In this document: in pieces, positions 30,844-41,944 of the stretch | Layout: every line of letters starts with the position of its first letter | How positions within the stretch are numbered: the stretch's first letter is position 1 | DNA from: an uncultured Nitrospiraceae bacterium | GTDB lineage: Bacteria > Nitrospirota > Thermodesulfovibrionia > Thermodesulfovibrionales > Dissulfurispiraceae | Direction of reading: 5' to 3' | DNA length: 64,000 nucleotides | Assembly: GCA_963705105.1 (NCBI GenBank) | Contig: CAVPIW010000006.1 | Coordinates: forward strand, 416,001-480,000 | Program-made: the position numbers and the translations under genes | The notes under the pieces: model-generated | The model's database searches: none | What the model saw: the letters and a program-made list of their open reading frames with translations, nothing else | What the model was told of the DNA's origin: nothing

Positions 30844-31617
30844 ATGAATGGCGTGGATCTCAAGCGCCTCATACAGGCCCTGCAGGATTTCTACCTCCTC
30901 TCCTATCACGGTCTCCTGGGGATCGTGAGGAAGCCCTTTTACTACCGCGACATGGTCGAGCAGATGGATTATGCGGGGGCGGGATCTTTCTTCATCGTCA
31001 TTCTCGTCTCTCTCTTCGTCGGCATGGCCCTCTCGCTCCAGTTATCGGCCGAGCTCTCCCGACTCGGCCTCAAGATGTACACGGGGATGATCGTCGGCAT
31101 CTCCGTCATTCGCGAGCTCGGTCCCGTTGTCGCCGCCCTCGTCTATACCGGCAGGGTCGGCGCCGGAATGGCCTCCGAGCTGGGTTCGATGGTCCTGGGC
31201 CACCAGGTGGACACGCTCCGGGTCTTCGGTGTGGATCCCATTAAGAAACTGGTCACCCCGCGTATCATCAGCTCCCTGATCATGCTTCCCGTGCTCACTG
31301 TCGTCGGCGATGCCGTCTCCCTTGTCGGCGGTTATTACATCTCCGTGTATGTGAGCTCCCAGAGCGGGGCCTACTACTGGACGTCGATCCGCCAGGTGAT
31401 GACCTTCGAGAACATCTTCGCCGGCTCCGTCAAACCTTTTGTCTTCGGATACCAGATCGCCTGTATCTGCTGTTACATGGGGTTGTCCGCCCACGGCGGG
31501 TCCGTGGGCTTACGGAAATCGACGACCCGTGCCGTCGTGACGTCGATCATCATGATCATCGTGGCGGATTTCATTCTCACACGGGTGCTGCTGTATGTGC
31601 TGGGGTTTTCCGTATGA
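30844..31617 (+). CDS. mlaE: MlaE family ABC permease
   Basis: IRELGPV, GRVGAGMASELGSM, QVDTLR, LVTPR, TTRAVV. Confidence 0.92.
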   Translation: MNGVDLKRLIQALQDFYLLSYHGLLGIVRKPFYYRDMVEQMDYAGAGSFFIVILVSLFVGMALSLQLSAELSRLGLKMYTGMIVGISVIRELGPVVAALVYTGRVGAGMASELGSMVLGHQVDTLRVFGVDPIKKLVTPRIISSLIMLPVLTVVGDAVSLVGGYYISVYVSSQSGAYYWTSIRQVMTFENIFAGSVKPFVFGYQIACICCYMGLSAHGGSVGLRKSTTRAVVTSIIMIIVADFILTRVLLYVLGFSV

Positions 31618-32366
31618 TCGTCTTTGACGGTGTTTCTTTTTTCTACGGGAAACGGCAGGTGTTCAAAGACATGAGCTTCTCCGTCGGGTTCGGAGAGCGC
31701 GTCGCCGTCCTCGGCGGGAGCGGCGAGGGAAAGACGACGATCCTGAAACTCATCATGGGTCTCATCAAGCCTGACAGCGGACGGATAATCATCGACGGCG
31801 ACGACATAACCGAAAGGGATGAGGAGGGACTGCGGGAGGTCCGCCTGAAATTCAGTATCGTCTTCCAGGAGGGGGCGCTTTTTGATTCGCTGAGCGTCAG
31901 GGAGAATGTCGCCTTCTGTCTGAGGGAATACACGACGATGGCCGATAAGGAAGTGGAGGCAAAGGTGCGGGAACTGCTGCGCTTTGTCGACGTGGAGCAG
32001 GCTATCGACCTGATGCCGGAGGAACTGAGCGGCGGGATGCACCGCCGCGTGGCCATCGCCCGCTCTCTGGCGGCTTTCAGTCCGAAGATGTTCCTCTATG
32101 ACGAGCCGACGGCAGGGCTCGACCCGGTGAACGCGGAGAACATCTGCACCCTCGTCAGGTCTCTCAGCAGGGAGGGACAGGGGTTTATGATCGTGACGCA
32201 CAAGGTGACGGACGCGATGAAGGTGGCTGAAAGATTTCTATTTCTGAAGAACGGCGTTATCCGGTTCGACGGAGGGAAGGAGGAGATTCTCTCTTCTCAG
32301 GATGTCGATGTGCGGGCCTTCCTGGGTGAGGTGCTCCACCCTCTCGGGACGGGGACAACAGGATAA
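31614..32366 (+). CDS. mlaF: MlaF family ABC ATPase
   Basis: GGSGEGKT, FQEGALFDSL, ELSGGM, YDEPTAGLDP. Confidence 0.92.
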   Translation: MIVFDGVSFFYGKRQVFKDMSFSVGFGERVAVLGGSGEGKTTILKLIMGLIKPDSGRIIIDGDDITERDEEGLREVRLKFSIVFQEGALFDSLSVRENVAFCLREYTTMADKEVEAKVRELLRFVDVEQAIDLMPEELSGGMHRRVAIARSLAAFSPKMFLYDEPTAGLDPVNAENICTLVRSLSREGQGFMIVTHKVTDAMKVAERFLFLKNGVIRFDGGKEEILSSQDVDVRAFLGEVLHPLGTGTTG

Positions 32367-32390
32367 AAGACGGGAGGAGGGAACTGAGCA

Positions 32391-33452
32391 GTGTTTGACA
32401 GCAAGAAGCAGCTCCTGTGGTCGAAGATGAGGGTCGGCATCGTGATCACCATTGCGGCCGTCATCATCTTTTTCACCGTTTTCTTTGCCGGGACGATCGA
32501 AAACATCTTTTCGCCGAGGGTCGAGTTCAAAGCCCAGGTGCAGGATGCCAAGGGTCTCAGGACAGGAGCGCCCGTCTGGATCTCCGGCATCGAGGTGGGT
32601 TCGGTGAGCGACATCTCGCTTCATCCCTCGCTCAGGACGGTTATTACCCTTTCCGTCGATAAAAAGGCATTCACATATATCAGGAAGGATTCGCAGGCGA
32701 GTATTCTTACCATGGGACTCCTCGGAGACAAGTATATCGAAATTTCAACGGGCACAGCCGGCGCTGAAGCGCTCAGCCCGGGCGGCGTCATCCTCGGTTC
32801 CGCGCAGATCGACCTGAAGGACGTCATGGAGACGGGGACCACGTCGATCCAGAAGATGAATGAGTTTATCGAAAAACTGGGGCGCATCGTCGAGCAGATC
32901 GAAAAGGGGGAAGGCACCGTCACGAAACTTCTCACAGACCCGTCGCTTTACGATAACCTGAAGGATTCGTCGAAGGAGCTTTCGGCAGTCCTCAGGGATG
33001 TGAGGAAGGGCGAGGGGTCACTAGGAGCGCTGATCAAAGACCCGTCCATTTATGAAAACCTGCGCGCCTCCTCATCGTCCCTGGCCCAGTTCAGCATAAA
33101 ACTCAACGAGGGCTCGGGCACATTGCGGCGGCTTGCCGAGGACCCCGCACTTTATGAAAAAATGGTGCTCATCAGCACCTCTCTTGAGGAATTCACGGGG
33201 AAGTTAAACAGGGAAAAGGGGTCCCTGAACAGGCTTATCGAAGATCCTTCCCTCTATGAAAACATGAGCAGGGCCTCGGAGCGGCTCACTGTAATCCTCG
33301 ACCGGATCGAGAGAGGGGAGGGGACGGCGGGCCTGCTTGTCAGGAACGAAGAGATGGCGGGTGAGCTCAGAGCGACTGTCGCCGAGTTGAGAAAGCTCAT
33401 CGCGGAAATGCGGGAAAATCCGCGCAAATTTTTCAAATTCAGCATCTTATGA
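32391..33452 (+). CDS. mlaD: MlaD/MCE family protein with long helical C-terminal repeats
   Basis: GLRTGAPVWISGIEVG, GLLGDKYI, repeated G.G(T/S)L..L..DP.LY units. Confidence 0.9.
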   Translation: MFDSKKQLLWSKMRVGIVITIAAVIIFFTVFFAGTIENIFSPRVEFKAQVQDAKGLRTGAPVWISGIEVGSVSDISLHPSLRTVITLSVDKKAFTYIRKDSQASILTMGLLGDKYIEISTGTAGAEALSPGGVILGSAQIDLKDVMETGTTSIQKMNEFIEKLGRIVEQIEKGEGTVTKLLTDPSLYDNLKDSSKELSAVLRDVRKGEGSLGALIKDPSIYENLRASSSSLAQFSIKLNEGSGTLRRLAEDPALYEKMVLISTSLEEFTGKLNREKGSLNRLIEDPSLYENMSRASERLTVILDRIERGEGTAGLLVRNEEMAGELRATVAELRKLIAEMRENPRKFFKFSIL

Positions 33453-33554
33453 GAATCACGCCGGTCTTGATCATTGAAATTTTACATCGTGTCATATACA
33501 CTATATGACCAATAGAACAATGTCTCGCCTATCACAGAATCCAGGAGGATAGAT

Positions 33555-36266
33555 ATGGTGAAAGCGGTCAAGAAGCAGAAAGCGGCTGTGAAGCCTGCAA
33601 AAACGGCAAAGGCGAAGAAGCACGTGTACTTTTTCGGAGGCGGCAAGGCCGAGGGAAAAGGCGACATGAAAGACCTCCTCGGAGGAAAGGGCGCCGGCAT
33701 CGCCGAAATGACGAACCTGGGAATGCCTGTTCCTGCGGGCTTTACGATCACCACCGAGGCCTGCAACGAATATTTCAAGGCGGGAAAGAAGTACCCTGCC
33801 GGTATGTGGGAGCAGGTGCTGGAGCACATGAAGAAGGTCGAGAAGGCGATGGGCATGAAATTCGGTGACCCCGTCAATCCGCTGCTCGTCTCCGTCCGCT
33901 CCGGCGCGAAGTTCTCGATGCCGGGCATGATGGATACGGTGCTGAACCTCGGCCTCAATGCCGAAACGATGAAGGGGCTCCTGGCGAAGACGCAGAATCC
34001 CCGCTTCGTCAATGACGCGTACCGCCGTTTTATCACCATGTTCGGCAGCATCGTCACAGGCGTCGATCGCCAGAAATTCGAAGGCGCTCTCGACAAAATC
34101 AAGGAAAAGAAAAAGGTGCACCTTGACACGGACCTGAGCGCAGAGGACCTCATCGGGGTCATCGCCGAGTTCAAGAAAATCTACAAACAGGAGACGGGCT
34201 CGGAATTCCCGACGGATCCGTACGAGCAGCTGAAGATGGCGATCAACGCTGTTTTCGGGTCCTGGTTCGGCGACAGGGCCATCAAGTACCGCAAGCTCCA
34301 CGGCATAGCCCACGATCTCGGCACCGCCTGTAACATCCAGTCGATGGTCTTCGGAAACATGGGCGACAATTCGGGCACCGGTGTGGGTTTCACGAGAGAC
34401 CCCTCGACGGGACAGAACAGGTTCTTTGCCGAGTGCCTCATCAATGCCCAGGGTGAGGACGTCGTCGCCGGTATCAGGACGCCGCTGCACATCAATGAAC
34501 TGAAGAAGAAGATGCCGAAGCCCTATGCCGAGCTCGAGAAGATCTACAAGAGGCTCGAAAAGCATTACAAGGACATGCTCGACATCGAGTTCACCATACA
34601 GGAGGGCAAGCTGTTCATGCTCCAGACCAGGGTGGGCAAGAGGACGGCCGCGTCGGCACTGAAGATCGCCGTCGACATGGTCAAGGATAAGCTGATCGAC
34701 AGGAAGACGGCCGTTCAGCGGATCGATCCCGCCCAGATCGACCAGCTCCTGCACCCCATGATCGATCCGAAAGCCCGGGTGGAGGTTGTGACGAAGGGAT
34801 TGCCCGCGTCACCGGGCGCTGCCGTCGGCAAGGTCGTCTTTACCGCCGACGAGGCGGAAAAGGCCGCGGCGAACGGAGAAAAGGTGATCCTTGTGAGGAC
34901 CGAGACATCTCCCGAGGATATCGGCGGCATGGCGGCAGCACAGGGTATCCTCACGGCCCGGGGCGGCATGACCTCTCATGCCGCTGTCGTCGGCCGGGGC
35001 ATGGGCAAGTGCTGCGTCGTCGGTTGCGGCGCCATCGACATCAACGAGGCGCAGAAAATTTTCACGATCAACAACAAAATCACCGTGAAAGAGGGAGACA
35101 CCGTCACACTCAACGGGACGACGGGCGAGGTGATCCTCGGCGAGGCGCCTCTCATGCTTCCGGCTCTGACGAGCGATTTCAATACGGTCATGAGATGGGC
35201 CGACGAGTTCAGGACCCTGAAAGTCCGCACGAATGCGGATACACCGAAGGACGCCAGGGTGGCCAGGAATTTCGGCGCCGAGGGCATCGGTTTGTGCCGC
35301 ACCGAGCACATGTTCTTCGAAGAGGAGCGCATCAAAGCCGTCCGGGAGATGATCCTCTCCGACACAAAGGAGGGCAGGGAGAAAGCTCTCGTAAAGATCC
35401 TCCCCATGCAGAAGAACGATTTCATCGGCATCTTCACCGAGATGAAGGGGCTTCCCGTGACGATACGGCTCCTCGACCCGCCGCTCCACGAGTTTCTCCC
35501 CCATACGGACGAGGAGATCGAGCGCCTCGCCGGTGAGATGGGCGTGTCCGCCGACCGTCTCAAGGCCAAGAATAAGGCGCTTCACGAGTTCAACCCCATG
35601 CTCGGCCACCGGGGATGCCGCCTCGGCATAACCTATCCCGAGATCTACGAGATCCAGGTGCGGGCGATCATGGAGGCGGCCTGTGAACTGGCGCAGAAGA
35701 AGGTCAAGGTGATCCCGGAAATCATGATACCCCTGACGGCGCTCGTCAGCGAAATGAAGGTGATGCGCGATCTCGTCGTGAAGGTGGCCGATGGAGTAAA
35801 GGCTCAGTACAAGTCGAAGGTGGAGTACACCGTCGGCACGATGATCGAGCTGCCCAGGGCGTGCATAACCTCTGAAGAGATCGCCTCCGTCGCCGACTTT
35901 TACTCCTTCGGGACAAACGATCTCACACAGACGACCTTCGGACTCTCGCGCGATGATGCGGGTAAATTCCTCCCCTTCTATATCGAGAACAAACTCCTCG
36001 ACGAGGACCCCTTCATCTCGATCGATCAGAGCGGGGTCGGCGTACTCATGAAGTTCGCCGTCGACCGGGGGCGTGCCGTGAAGAAGAACCTCAAGATGGG
36101 GATCTGCGGAGAGCACGGAGGCGACCCGAGTTCAGTCGATTTCTGCCACAGGGTCGGCCTCGACTATGTGAGCTGCTCGCCCTACAGGGTGCCGATAGCC
36201 CGTCTCGCGGCGGCGCAGGCGGCCCTGAGGAAGAAAGGAACGGACCTCTCGAAAGCGTCCATGTAG
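33555..36266 (+). CDS. ppdK: Pyruvate, phosphate dikinase
   Basis: LLGGKGA, SVRSGA, GGMTSHAAVV, GLCRTEHMF, SFGTNDLTQ, CGEHGG. Confidence 0.98.
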   Translation: MVKAVKKQKAAVKPAKTAKAKKHVYFFGGGKAEGKGDMKDLLGGKGAGIAEMTNLGMPVPAGFTITTEACNEYFKAGKKYPAGMWEQVLEHMKKVEKAMGMKFGDPVNPLLVSVRSGAKFSMPGMMDTVLNLGLNAETMKGLLAKTQNPRFVNDAYRRFITMFGSIVTGVDRQKFEGALDKIKEKKKVHLDTDLSAEDLIGVIAEFKKIYKQETGSEFPTDPYEQLKMAINAVFGSWFGDRAIKYRKLHGIAHDLGTACNIQSMVFGNMGDNSGTGVGFTRDPSTGQNRFFAECLINAQGEDVVAGIRTPLHINELKKKMPKPYAELEKIYKRLEKHYKDMLDIEFTIQEGKLFMLQTRVGKRTAASALKIAVDMVKDKLIDRKTAVQRIDPAQIDQLLHPMIDPKARVEVVTKGLPASPGAAVGKVVFTADEAEKAAANGEKVILVRTETSPEDIGGMAAAQGILTARGGMTSHAAVVGRGMGKCCVVGCGAIDINEAQKIFTINNKITVKEGDTVTLNGTTGEVILGEAPLMLPALTSDFNTVMRWADEFRTLKVRTNADTPKDARVARNFGAEGIGLCRTEHMFFEEERIKAVREMILSDTKEGREKALVKILPMQKNDFIGIFTEMKGLPVTIRLLDPPLHEFLPHTDEEIERLAGEMGVSADRLKAKNKALHEFNPMLGHRGCRLGITYPEIYEIQVRAIMEAACELAQKKVKVIPEIMIPLTALVSEMKVMRDLVVKVADGVKAQYKSKVEYTVGTMIELPRACITSEEIASVADFYSFGTNDLTQTTFGLSRDDAGKFLPFYIENKLLDEDPFISIDQSGVGVLMKFAVDRGRAVKKNLKMGICGEHGGDPSSVDFCHRVGLDYVSCSPYRVPIARLAAAQAALRKKGTDLSKASM

Positions 36267-36282
36267 GACATCACTCTCGAAT

Positions 36283-36326
36283 AAAAACCGGGGCGGGACG
36301 GCCGGAAGGCCCTCCCGCCCGTTTTT
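36283..36326. terminator. Likely bidirectional intrinsic terminator
   Basis: AAAAA..GGGCGGGA-CGGCC-GGAA-GGCC-C-TCCCGCCC..TTTTT between convergent genes. Confidence 0.75.
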
Positions 36327-36382
36327 AATTCACGCCCGTTCCGTCCTACAAATTCGCTGCCGGGTTCAGACTATTTGTTGTC

Positions 36383-39300
36383 TCAGAAACTGACAACCCG
36401 CTTCGATCCTCCGCTTTCGACCGTGAACTCGTCGAAGCATGTCACCGAGTCGGCCTTGGTCCAGAGGCCGACATACCCTTTCACCGGCCGGTCATGATGA
36501 TAGGTGAGGATGATCTCGTCGTCGACGGCACCTGTAATGGTCTCCCCCCGGATTGTGACTGCCAGCCCGTGCCACTGGCCGGGAAGGATCCGCCTCCTGA
36601 CGTTCACCCGCTGAACCCGTTTCCCGTTGATGAATTCAAAGAGGATGACATTGCCCTCGAGGGCGTTGGACCGCAGGACGAAGTAATTGTCGGTGTCGGC
36701 GATCCCGAAGGCGATGCCGCCGGCCCTGTCGATGTTCCCCTTGACAGGTTTCACCTTCACCGTGACAGTCCCGTCTTCGATCTCACTGTCCTTCAGGATC
36801 GCCAGGGGGAAATAGTAGTATGCCTGGACCGTGTCGAGAAACTCCTGGTATGCCGTGCCGATGACCTTGCCGACGATGCCGGCGATGCCCGATGATATGC
36901 CCCGCCCCCATCTCGAGCCGTCCTGCAGGCAGCAGACCTTTCCGTCCTCGACGGCCCTCATCCAGTATCCTCCGTGGGTGTAAAATTCCGTGAGATCATC
37001 GTCCCTTCTCTTCTGGAGGAGGTTGTAGTGGCCCTCGAAGAAGGCCGCCGTGAACCGGTCCACCTCATCCTGGTTCGTCAGGGTCATGTCGAGGAGACGG
37101 CACGACGCGAGCAGCCTGCCGAGGAGGTCCAGTTTTTCGGCCGTCTCTTCACGGTCATACCGCTGAAGGGTCGCCTCGACGAAGTCTCCCCTTATGGAGA
37201 CCTTGAAGTCAAGGCGGTCCAGGACAGAGCCGATCAGGTGTATCCTGAGGGATCGTCCGTAATAGTTGCCTGCGCCGCCGGAAAACTGCAGGGAGACATA
37301 GTTCTGATTGCTGTTGTCGCTGCAGAGGGCGTCGATTGTGGCGAAGTGATAGGCAAAACGGGCGCTCAGATTCATGTAATCACCCGAGATGATGGCATAG
37401 CTCTCCCCGCCCGGTGCCTCACCGAATTCGGCGGTGGCCGTCGCAGCAAGGCGGCTTGAGAGCGTGTCCGTCTTGACGTTCATGGTGCCCTCCCAGGAGA
37501 CGCCCGGGTGCGTGAATCCCCTCCAGAGCGCCTTCATCGGCACCGATGAGATCACATCGGGCGTCAGGAGATCCGACGACGTGAGGCCCTCCCGGAAACC
37601 GCCGCCCATATCGATGAGAAAGAGATTCAGAGGAATCGTCGTAGTCAGGCGAAGGGCCGGTCCCCCCTTGCCGGCGCCGGCCGTCATGCCGAACATCTCC
37701 CGCATCGCAATCTCATGGGTATACCGGATGATGTCGTGGAAGGACCGGCACCCTTCCGGTCTGAACGACTCGTCTTCGGGATCGGTGAGGTTGAGAGGTG
37801 AAACACGGTCGAGGATCGACCGCATTTTCCTGTGCACGGGGCTGTCGAGAATGAGCTTTCTCCGGGGCTTCATTTGTTCACGCAAAGACTCGACAACCCC
37901 CCTGTAAACTGTTGATGAAGCGACATGCATTGTCACCGTCTCGCCTTCCTTCAGGGCCACCGTTGCAGTTTTCGTGTCAACGATGGCCGGCACGCCGAAT
38001 TCGCGTGCCACAGAGGCGAGGTGACTCGTCACGCTGCCGATATCCGTAATCAGCCCGCTTATTTTGCCCATGACTCTTGCGTATTCCGGCGACATCGTCT
38101 TCGTGACGATGATGGCCTGATCGGGAAGGGACTGCAAATCTTCGTCGGTCCTGATGATACGGACGGCGCCGATGGCCACCCCATGCGAGGCGGCAGTGCC
38201 TCCCTTCAGGATGACGGGGGCGTTGATTGCTTCTTCGCGGTTGATTTCCCTGTTCTCATTGACTTCGGGAAGGCCGAGAGGTCTCGCTTGAAGAATGTAA
38301 ATATGGTTGTCCCGGTCGACGGCCCATTCGATGTCCAAGGGACTCTCGGCCTGTTCTTCAAGCGTGATCCCGACACGGCCGAGGGCGGCGATTGTTTCAT
38401 CCCCGATGGCGGGTTTGTTCTGCTCCGCCTCCGGCACGTCTTCCGGAGCCGTGCCTCCCCCGGCCAGGCTGACGAGCCTCCGCTGCTTCAGGGCGATTTC
38501 CCGGTGGAGCACGAGCATCGTTCTTCTGTCCACAGAAAAACGGTCCGGAGAGGTGCTTCCGTCGACGAGGAACTCCCCGAGACCCCATATGGCATTGATC
38601 TGGAGCGCGCAGGAGAGAGGGAGGGCAGGGTCGACGGTATAGAGCACACCGCTCGACCGGGCGTCGATCATGACGATCCCGGCGACGCACATGAGCGTCT
38701 CCCGGTCATCGAGGCCGTGATGCATGCGGTACGATATGGCCCGGGCGCCGTACTTGCTTGCGATGACGGACCGGTATGCGTCAAGGATCTCCGTTCCCGA
38801 CACGTTCAGGACCGTCGAGTATTGTCCGGCGAACGACGCCTCCGTATCTTCCCCGACGGCGCTGCTCCGCATGGCGATCCGGACCCCCCTGTGGGTTCGC
38901 TCTTCAAGAGCGGCATAGGCTTTGAGGATCGCCGCGGCGACGTCCTCCGGGACGGCCGACGATCTGATGAGATTCTGCAATGCAAGGCTCATCTTCTCGA
39001 TCTCCCCCGGCGACTCGGGATCAAGCTTTGAGAATTCCTCTTCGATGGTCCTGAAGAGCCCGTTCGCCTCCATGAAGCGGTTGAAGGCGGAGGCCGACAC
39101 GGCGAAGCCGGGAGGCACGGGAATGCCGAGGGCATGCATGCGTGCCAGGTTCGCCGACTTGGAGCCGATGACCGCATCCATATCGGGCGGGATATCGCCG
39201 AGGGGAATCACGTATTCCATCTTTTGCAGCATGCATTTGGGGTTGAAGCTTTCGAAGAGGACATCGTCTATGGCGGCACAGGTTTTCAGGAGAGGGGCAA

Positions 39301-39562
39301 AGGTCCTGCCGGAAAGGGTTTCAAGGGAATAGATGACACCCATGACTGCCTCGAGGAGCTGTTCATAGGTGATGCGCACGGAGTTGAGACTGAAGGGTTT
39401 GCCGCTGTAGTAGGTCTGCTCCATATCGGCAAGGGTCTTGAGAGCCCTGTGGTTGTGGCCGAGCAGACTCCTGAAATGGCGGTATTTTCTTGCCAGGTCG
39501 CCCTGTGCGGTGCTCATGGGGGTATCGGTCTTCTTCGACAAGAGAGAAAAAAGGTTTTTCAT
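36383..39562 (-). CDS. PEP-synthase/dikinase-like protein (ATP-grasp + phospho-His swivel + unknown domain) with C-terminal DUF1080-like beta-sandwich
   Basis: IGSKSANLA, MRSSAVGED..SFAGQY, DIEWA..LQARPL, GSVTSHLASVAREFGVP; C-terminal DRAGGIAF..DNYFVLRSNALE..GYVGLWTKADS; start MKNLF with RBS. Confidence 0.85.
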   Translation of the reverse strand: MKNLFSLLSKKTDTPMSTAQGDLARKYRHFRSLLGHNHRALKTLADMEQTYYSGKPFSLNSVRITYEQLLEAVMGVIYSLETLSGRTFAPLLKTCAAIDDVLFESFNPKCMLQKMEYVIPLGDIPPDMDAVIGSKSANLARMHALGIPVPPGFAVSASAFNRFMEANGLFRTIEEEFSKLDPESPGEIEKMSLALQNLIRSSAVPEDVAAAILKAYAALEERTHRGVRIAMRSSAVGEDTEASFAGQYSTVLNVSGTEILDAYRSVIASKYGARAISYRMHHGLDDRETLMCVAGIVMIDARSSGVLYTVDPALPLSCALQINAIWGLGEFLVDGSTSPDRFSVDRRTMLVLHREIALKQRRLVSLAGGGTAPEDVPEAEQNKPAIGDETIAALGRVGITLEEQAESPLDIEWAVDRDNHIYILQARPLGLPEVNENREINREEAINAPVILKGGTAASHGVAIGAVRIIRTDEDLQSLPDQAIIVTKTMSPEYARVMGKISGLITDIGSVTSHLASVAREFGVPAIVDTKTATVALKEGETVTMHVASSTVYRGVVESLREQMKPRRKLILDSPVHRKMRSILDRVSPLNLTDPEDESFRPEGCRSFHDIIRYTHEIAMREMFGMTAGAGKGGPALRLTTTIPLNLFLIDMGGGFREGLTSSDLLTPDVISSVPMKALWRGFTHPGVSWEGTMNVKTDTLSSRLAATATAEFGEAPGGESYAIISGDYMNLSARFAYHFATIDALCSDNSNQNYVSLQFSGGAGNYYGRSLRIHLIGSVLDRLDFKVSIRGDFVEATLQRYDREETAEKLDLLGRLLASCRLLDMTLTNQDEVDRFTAAFFEGHYNLLQKRRDDDLTEFYTHGGYWMRAVEDGKVCCLQDGSRWGRGISSGIAGIVGKVIGTAYQEFLDTVQAYYYFPLAILKDSEIEDGTVTVKVKPVKGNIDRAGGIAFGIADTDNYFVLRSNALEGNVILFEFINGKRVQRVNVRRRILPGQWHGLAVTIRGETITGAVDDEIILTYHHDRPVKGYVGLWTKADSVTCFDEFTVESGGSKRVVSF

Positions 39563-39790
39563 TCCCTTTCCTTTCGGGGTGTCCCAATTGTCCCAATGGA
39601 AAGATGAGACGCCTTCAAGGTTCTCGCGCAATCTCAAAATTATTATACAGGAACGCTCCTGTTCTCGACAGCACAAGTCGTTCGATGCCCCTTTTTTGAA
39701 AAAAAGCGGGAGACATGGTATGTTAAAAGAATATTCAAGAATAACAAGCTCCAGAGACAACGGGGAGTGAAAGGAGGGTGGGGCACGGAC

Positions 39791-40264
39791 ATGAACCGCG
39801 TACCGATGACGCCTGACGGGCATCAGAAACTCAAGGATGAGCTGGACCGCCTGATCAAGGAGCAGCGACCGAGAAACATCAGGGACATCGCCGAGGCGCG
39901 TGCCCATGGCGATATTTCCGAAAACGCCGAGTATCATGCGGCAAAGGAGCGGCAGTCTTTCCTCGAGGGGCGGATACAGGAACTCCAGGGGAAGTTATCC
40001 CGGGCGGACGTCATCGACCCTTCGAAAATCAACCAGGACAAGGTTGCCTTCGGGGCCAGGGTAAAGGTCATTGACATCGAGGCCGACACGGAATACGAAT
40101 TCATCCTCGTCGGCCCTGACGAAGGAAACGTTAAGGAAGGCAAGATTTCGATCAAGTCGCCTGTCGCAAAAGCGCTCATTGGCAAAGAGGTGGGCGATGT
40201 GGCTGTCGTCAAAGCGCCTGCGCGAACGATCGAATACGAGATCACCGAGATCACCTTTGCATAG
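39791..40264 (+). CDS. greA: Transcription elongation factor GreA
   Basis: ARAHGDISENAEY, SPVAKALIGK. Confidence 0.97.
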   Translation: MNRVPMTPDGHQKLKDELDRLIKEQRPRNIRDIAEARAHGDISENAEYHAAKERQSFLEGRIQELQGKLSRADVIDPSKINQDKVAFGARVKVIDIEADTEYEFILVGPDEGNVKEGKISIKSPVAKALIGKEVGDVAVVKAPARTIEYEITEITFA

Positions 40265-41021
40265 ATTCTTCCGTTCCCGGGTCCTTGGGAACAAGCCTAT
40301 CACAGCCCACTACCGCCTCCTGGCCGTCGAGGCCCCTGCCGGCTCGGTCGTCCCGAAACCGGGACAGTTCTATATGATCCAGCCCGGTCCCGGTTACGAT
40401 CCCCTGCTGAAGAGGCCTTTCAGTATCTTCCGTTACAGCGGGGATGGTCTCGAATTCCTCGTCCGGATCAGGGGAAAAGGGACCATCGCCCTGTCCCGTC
40501 TCAGAAAGGGCGATGGGATTGAGTGTATCGGCCCCCTGGGAAAGGCCTATCCTCCGCCCTCGGGCGATTTCATCGCCGTTGCCGGCGGCGTCGGCATCGC
40601 CTCCCTCTTTCCCCTTCTCGAAGCGGAGGGACGGCGCGCCCACCTTTTTTACGGAGCCGTCAACAGGCAGCACCTCGTCATGCTAAGCCGCTTAAGGGGC
40701 CTTGTCCGGAAAACGACGATCGCCACAGATGACGGATCGAAGGGGGTACGGGGAACCATTACGGAGGCCCTGGAGAGGAGCCTCGGCGAACCGGGGGAAC
40801 ATCCCTCTCTGCCGGCAGTCTATGCCTGCGGCCCCGCGCCGATGCTGAGAGCCCTTTCCGGCGTCCTGAGCGGCAGGGGGATCACCTGTTACGCCTCCCT
40901 GGAGGAGCGCATGGCCTGCGGCATCGGGGCCTGTCTCGGCTGCGTCGTGCCCATGACAGGGGGATTGAAGAGGGTGTGCATGGAAGGTCCCGTGTTTAAA
41001 CTTGAGGACGTGGTATGGTGA
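40257..41021 (+). CDS. pyrK: Dihydroorotate dehydrogenase B electron transfer subunit
   Basis: [39 protein letters not shown]; start approximate. Confidence 0.92.
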   Translation: MHRFFRSRVLGNKPITAHYRLLAVEAPAGSVVPKPGQFYMIQPGPGYDPLLKRPFSIFRYSGDGLEFLVRIRGKGTIALSRLRKGDGIECIGPLGKAYPPPSGDFIAVAGGVGIASLFPLLEAEGRRAHLFYGAVNRQHLVMLSRLRGLVRKTTIATDDGSKGVRGTITEALERSLGEPGEHPSLPAVYACGPAPMLRALSGVLSGRGITCYASLEERMACGIGACLGCVVPMTGGLKRVCMEGPVFKLEDVVW

Positions 41022-41944
41022 ATCTCGGTGTCACCGTCGCATCGCTGAACCTCCGCAACCCGGTGATGACCGCGTCGGGCACATTCGGGTACGGCGCGGA
41101 GTTCGCGGGATTTGTCGATCTCGGGCGGCTCGGCGCCATCGTCGTCAAGGGGCTTTCCCTCGCTCCCCGCCGGGGAAACCCGACTCCCCGTGTTGTCGAG
41201 ACGCCTGCGGGCATGCTGAACGCCATCGGACTCCAGAACATCGGCGTCGATGCTTTCATTAAAGAGAAACTGCCCTTTCTCCGTCCCTTCGCGACGCCGG
41301 TGATCGTCAATTTTTTCGGCGATTCCGTGGACGAGTATGTGCGCGTCGCCGAGACACTGAGCGCCGCCGAGGGTGTCTCGGCCCTCGAGATGAACGTCTC
41401 CTGCCCGAACAAACAGGCGGGCTGGATCGTCTTCGGCACCGACCCGAAGGTGATGGAGGAGGTCATTGTCGCGGTGCGCAGAGCGACACAGATGCCGCTG
41501 ATCGTGAAGCTCTCACCGAACGTGACGGATATAGCGCTCATGGCGAGGGTTGCGGAAAATGCCGGGGCTGATGCACTCTCTCTCATCAATACGATACCCG
41601 GCATGGTCATCGACATCGGAAAACGGGCGCCTGTCCTCGCCAATAATACGGGAGGACTGTCCGGTCCCGCCATCCGCCCTGTCGCAGTCAGGATGGTCTG
41701 GCAGGTGTCCTGTGCCGTGACGATTCCCGTCATCGGCATGGGGGGCATCATGAACGCCCGGGACGCACTCGAATTCCTCATCGCCGGCGCCCGCGCCGTT
41801 GCGGTCGGCACGGCGAATTTCATCAATCCCATCACCACTATAGAGATAATCGAGGGAATCGGGAAATTTCTTGAGGAAGAGGGGATCAGCGATATCAATG
41901 CGGTCATCGGAAGCCTCCGGCCCCATCATCACCCTCACCACTGA
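41015..41944 (+). CDS. pyrD: Dihydroorotate dehydrogenase (class 1B)
   Basis: [35 protein letters not shown]. Confidence 0.96.
   Translation: MVNLGVTVASLNLRNPVMTASGTFGYGAEFAGFVDLGRLGAIVVKGLSLAPRRGNPTPRVVETPAGMLNAIGLQNIGVDAFIKEKLPFLRPFATPVIVNFFGDSVDEYVRVAETLSAAEGVSALEMNVSCPNKQAGWIVFGTDPKVMEEVIVAVRRATQMPLIVKLSPNVTDIALMARVAENAGADALSLINTIPGMVIDIGKRAPVLANNTGGLSGPAIRPVAVRMVWQVSCAVTIPVIGMGGIMNARDALEFLIAGARAVAVGTANFINPITTIEIIEGIGKFLEEEGISDINAVIGSLRPHHHPHH

Noticed and set aside
33501..36116. Long antisense ORFs opposite ppdK (also opposite topA, hemC, porA, proS)
   Set aside because: Shadow ORFs expected from high-GC codon bias opposite well-supported genes.
39563..39937. 125-aa N-terminal extension of the 1184-aa ORF
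   Set aside because: It overlaps greA and its promoter on the other strand; an RBS precedes the ATG at 39562.
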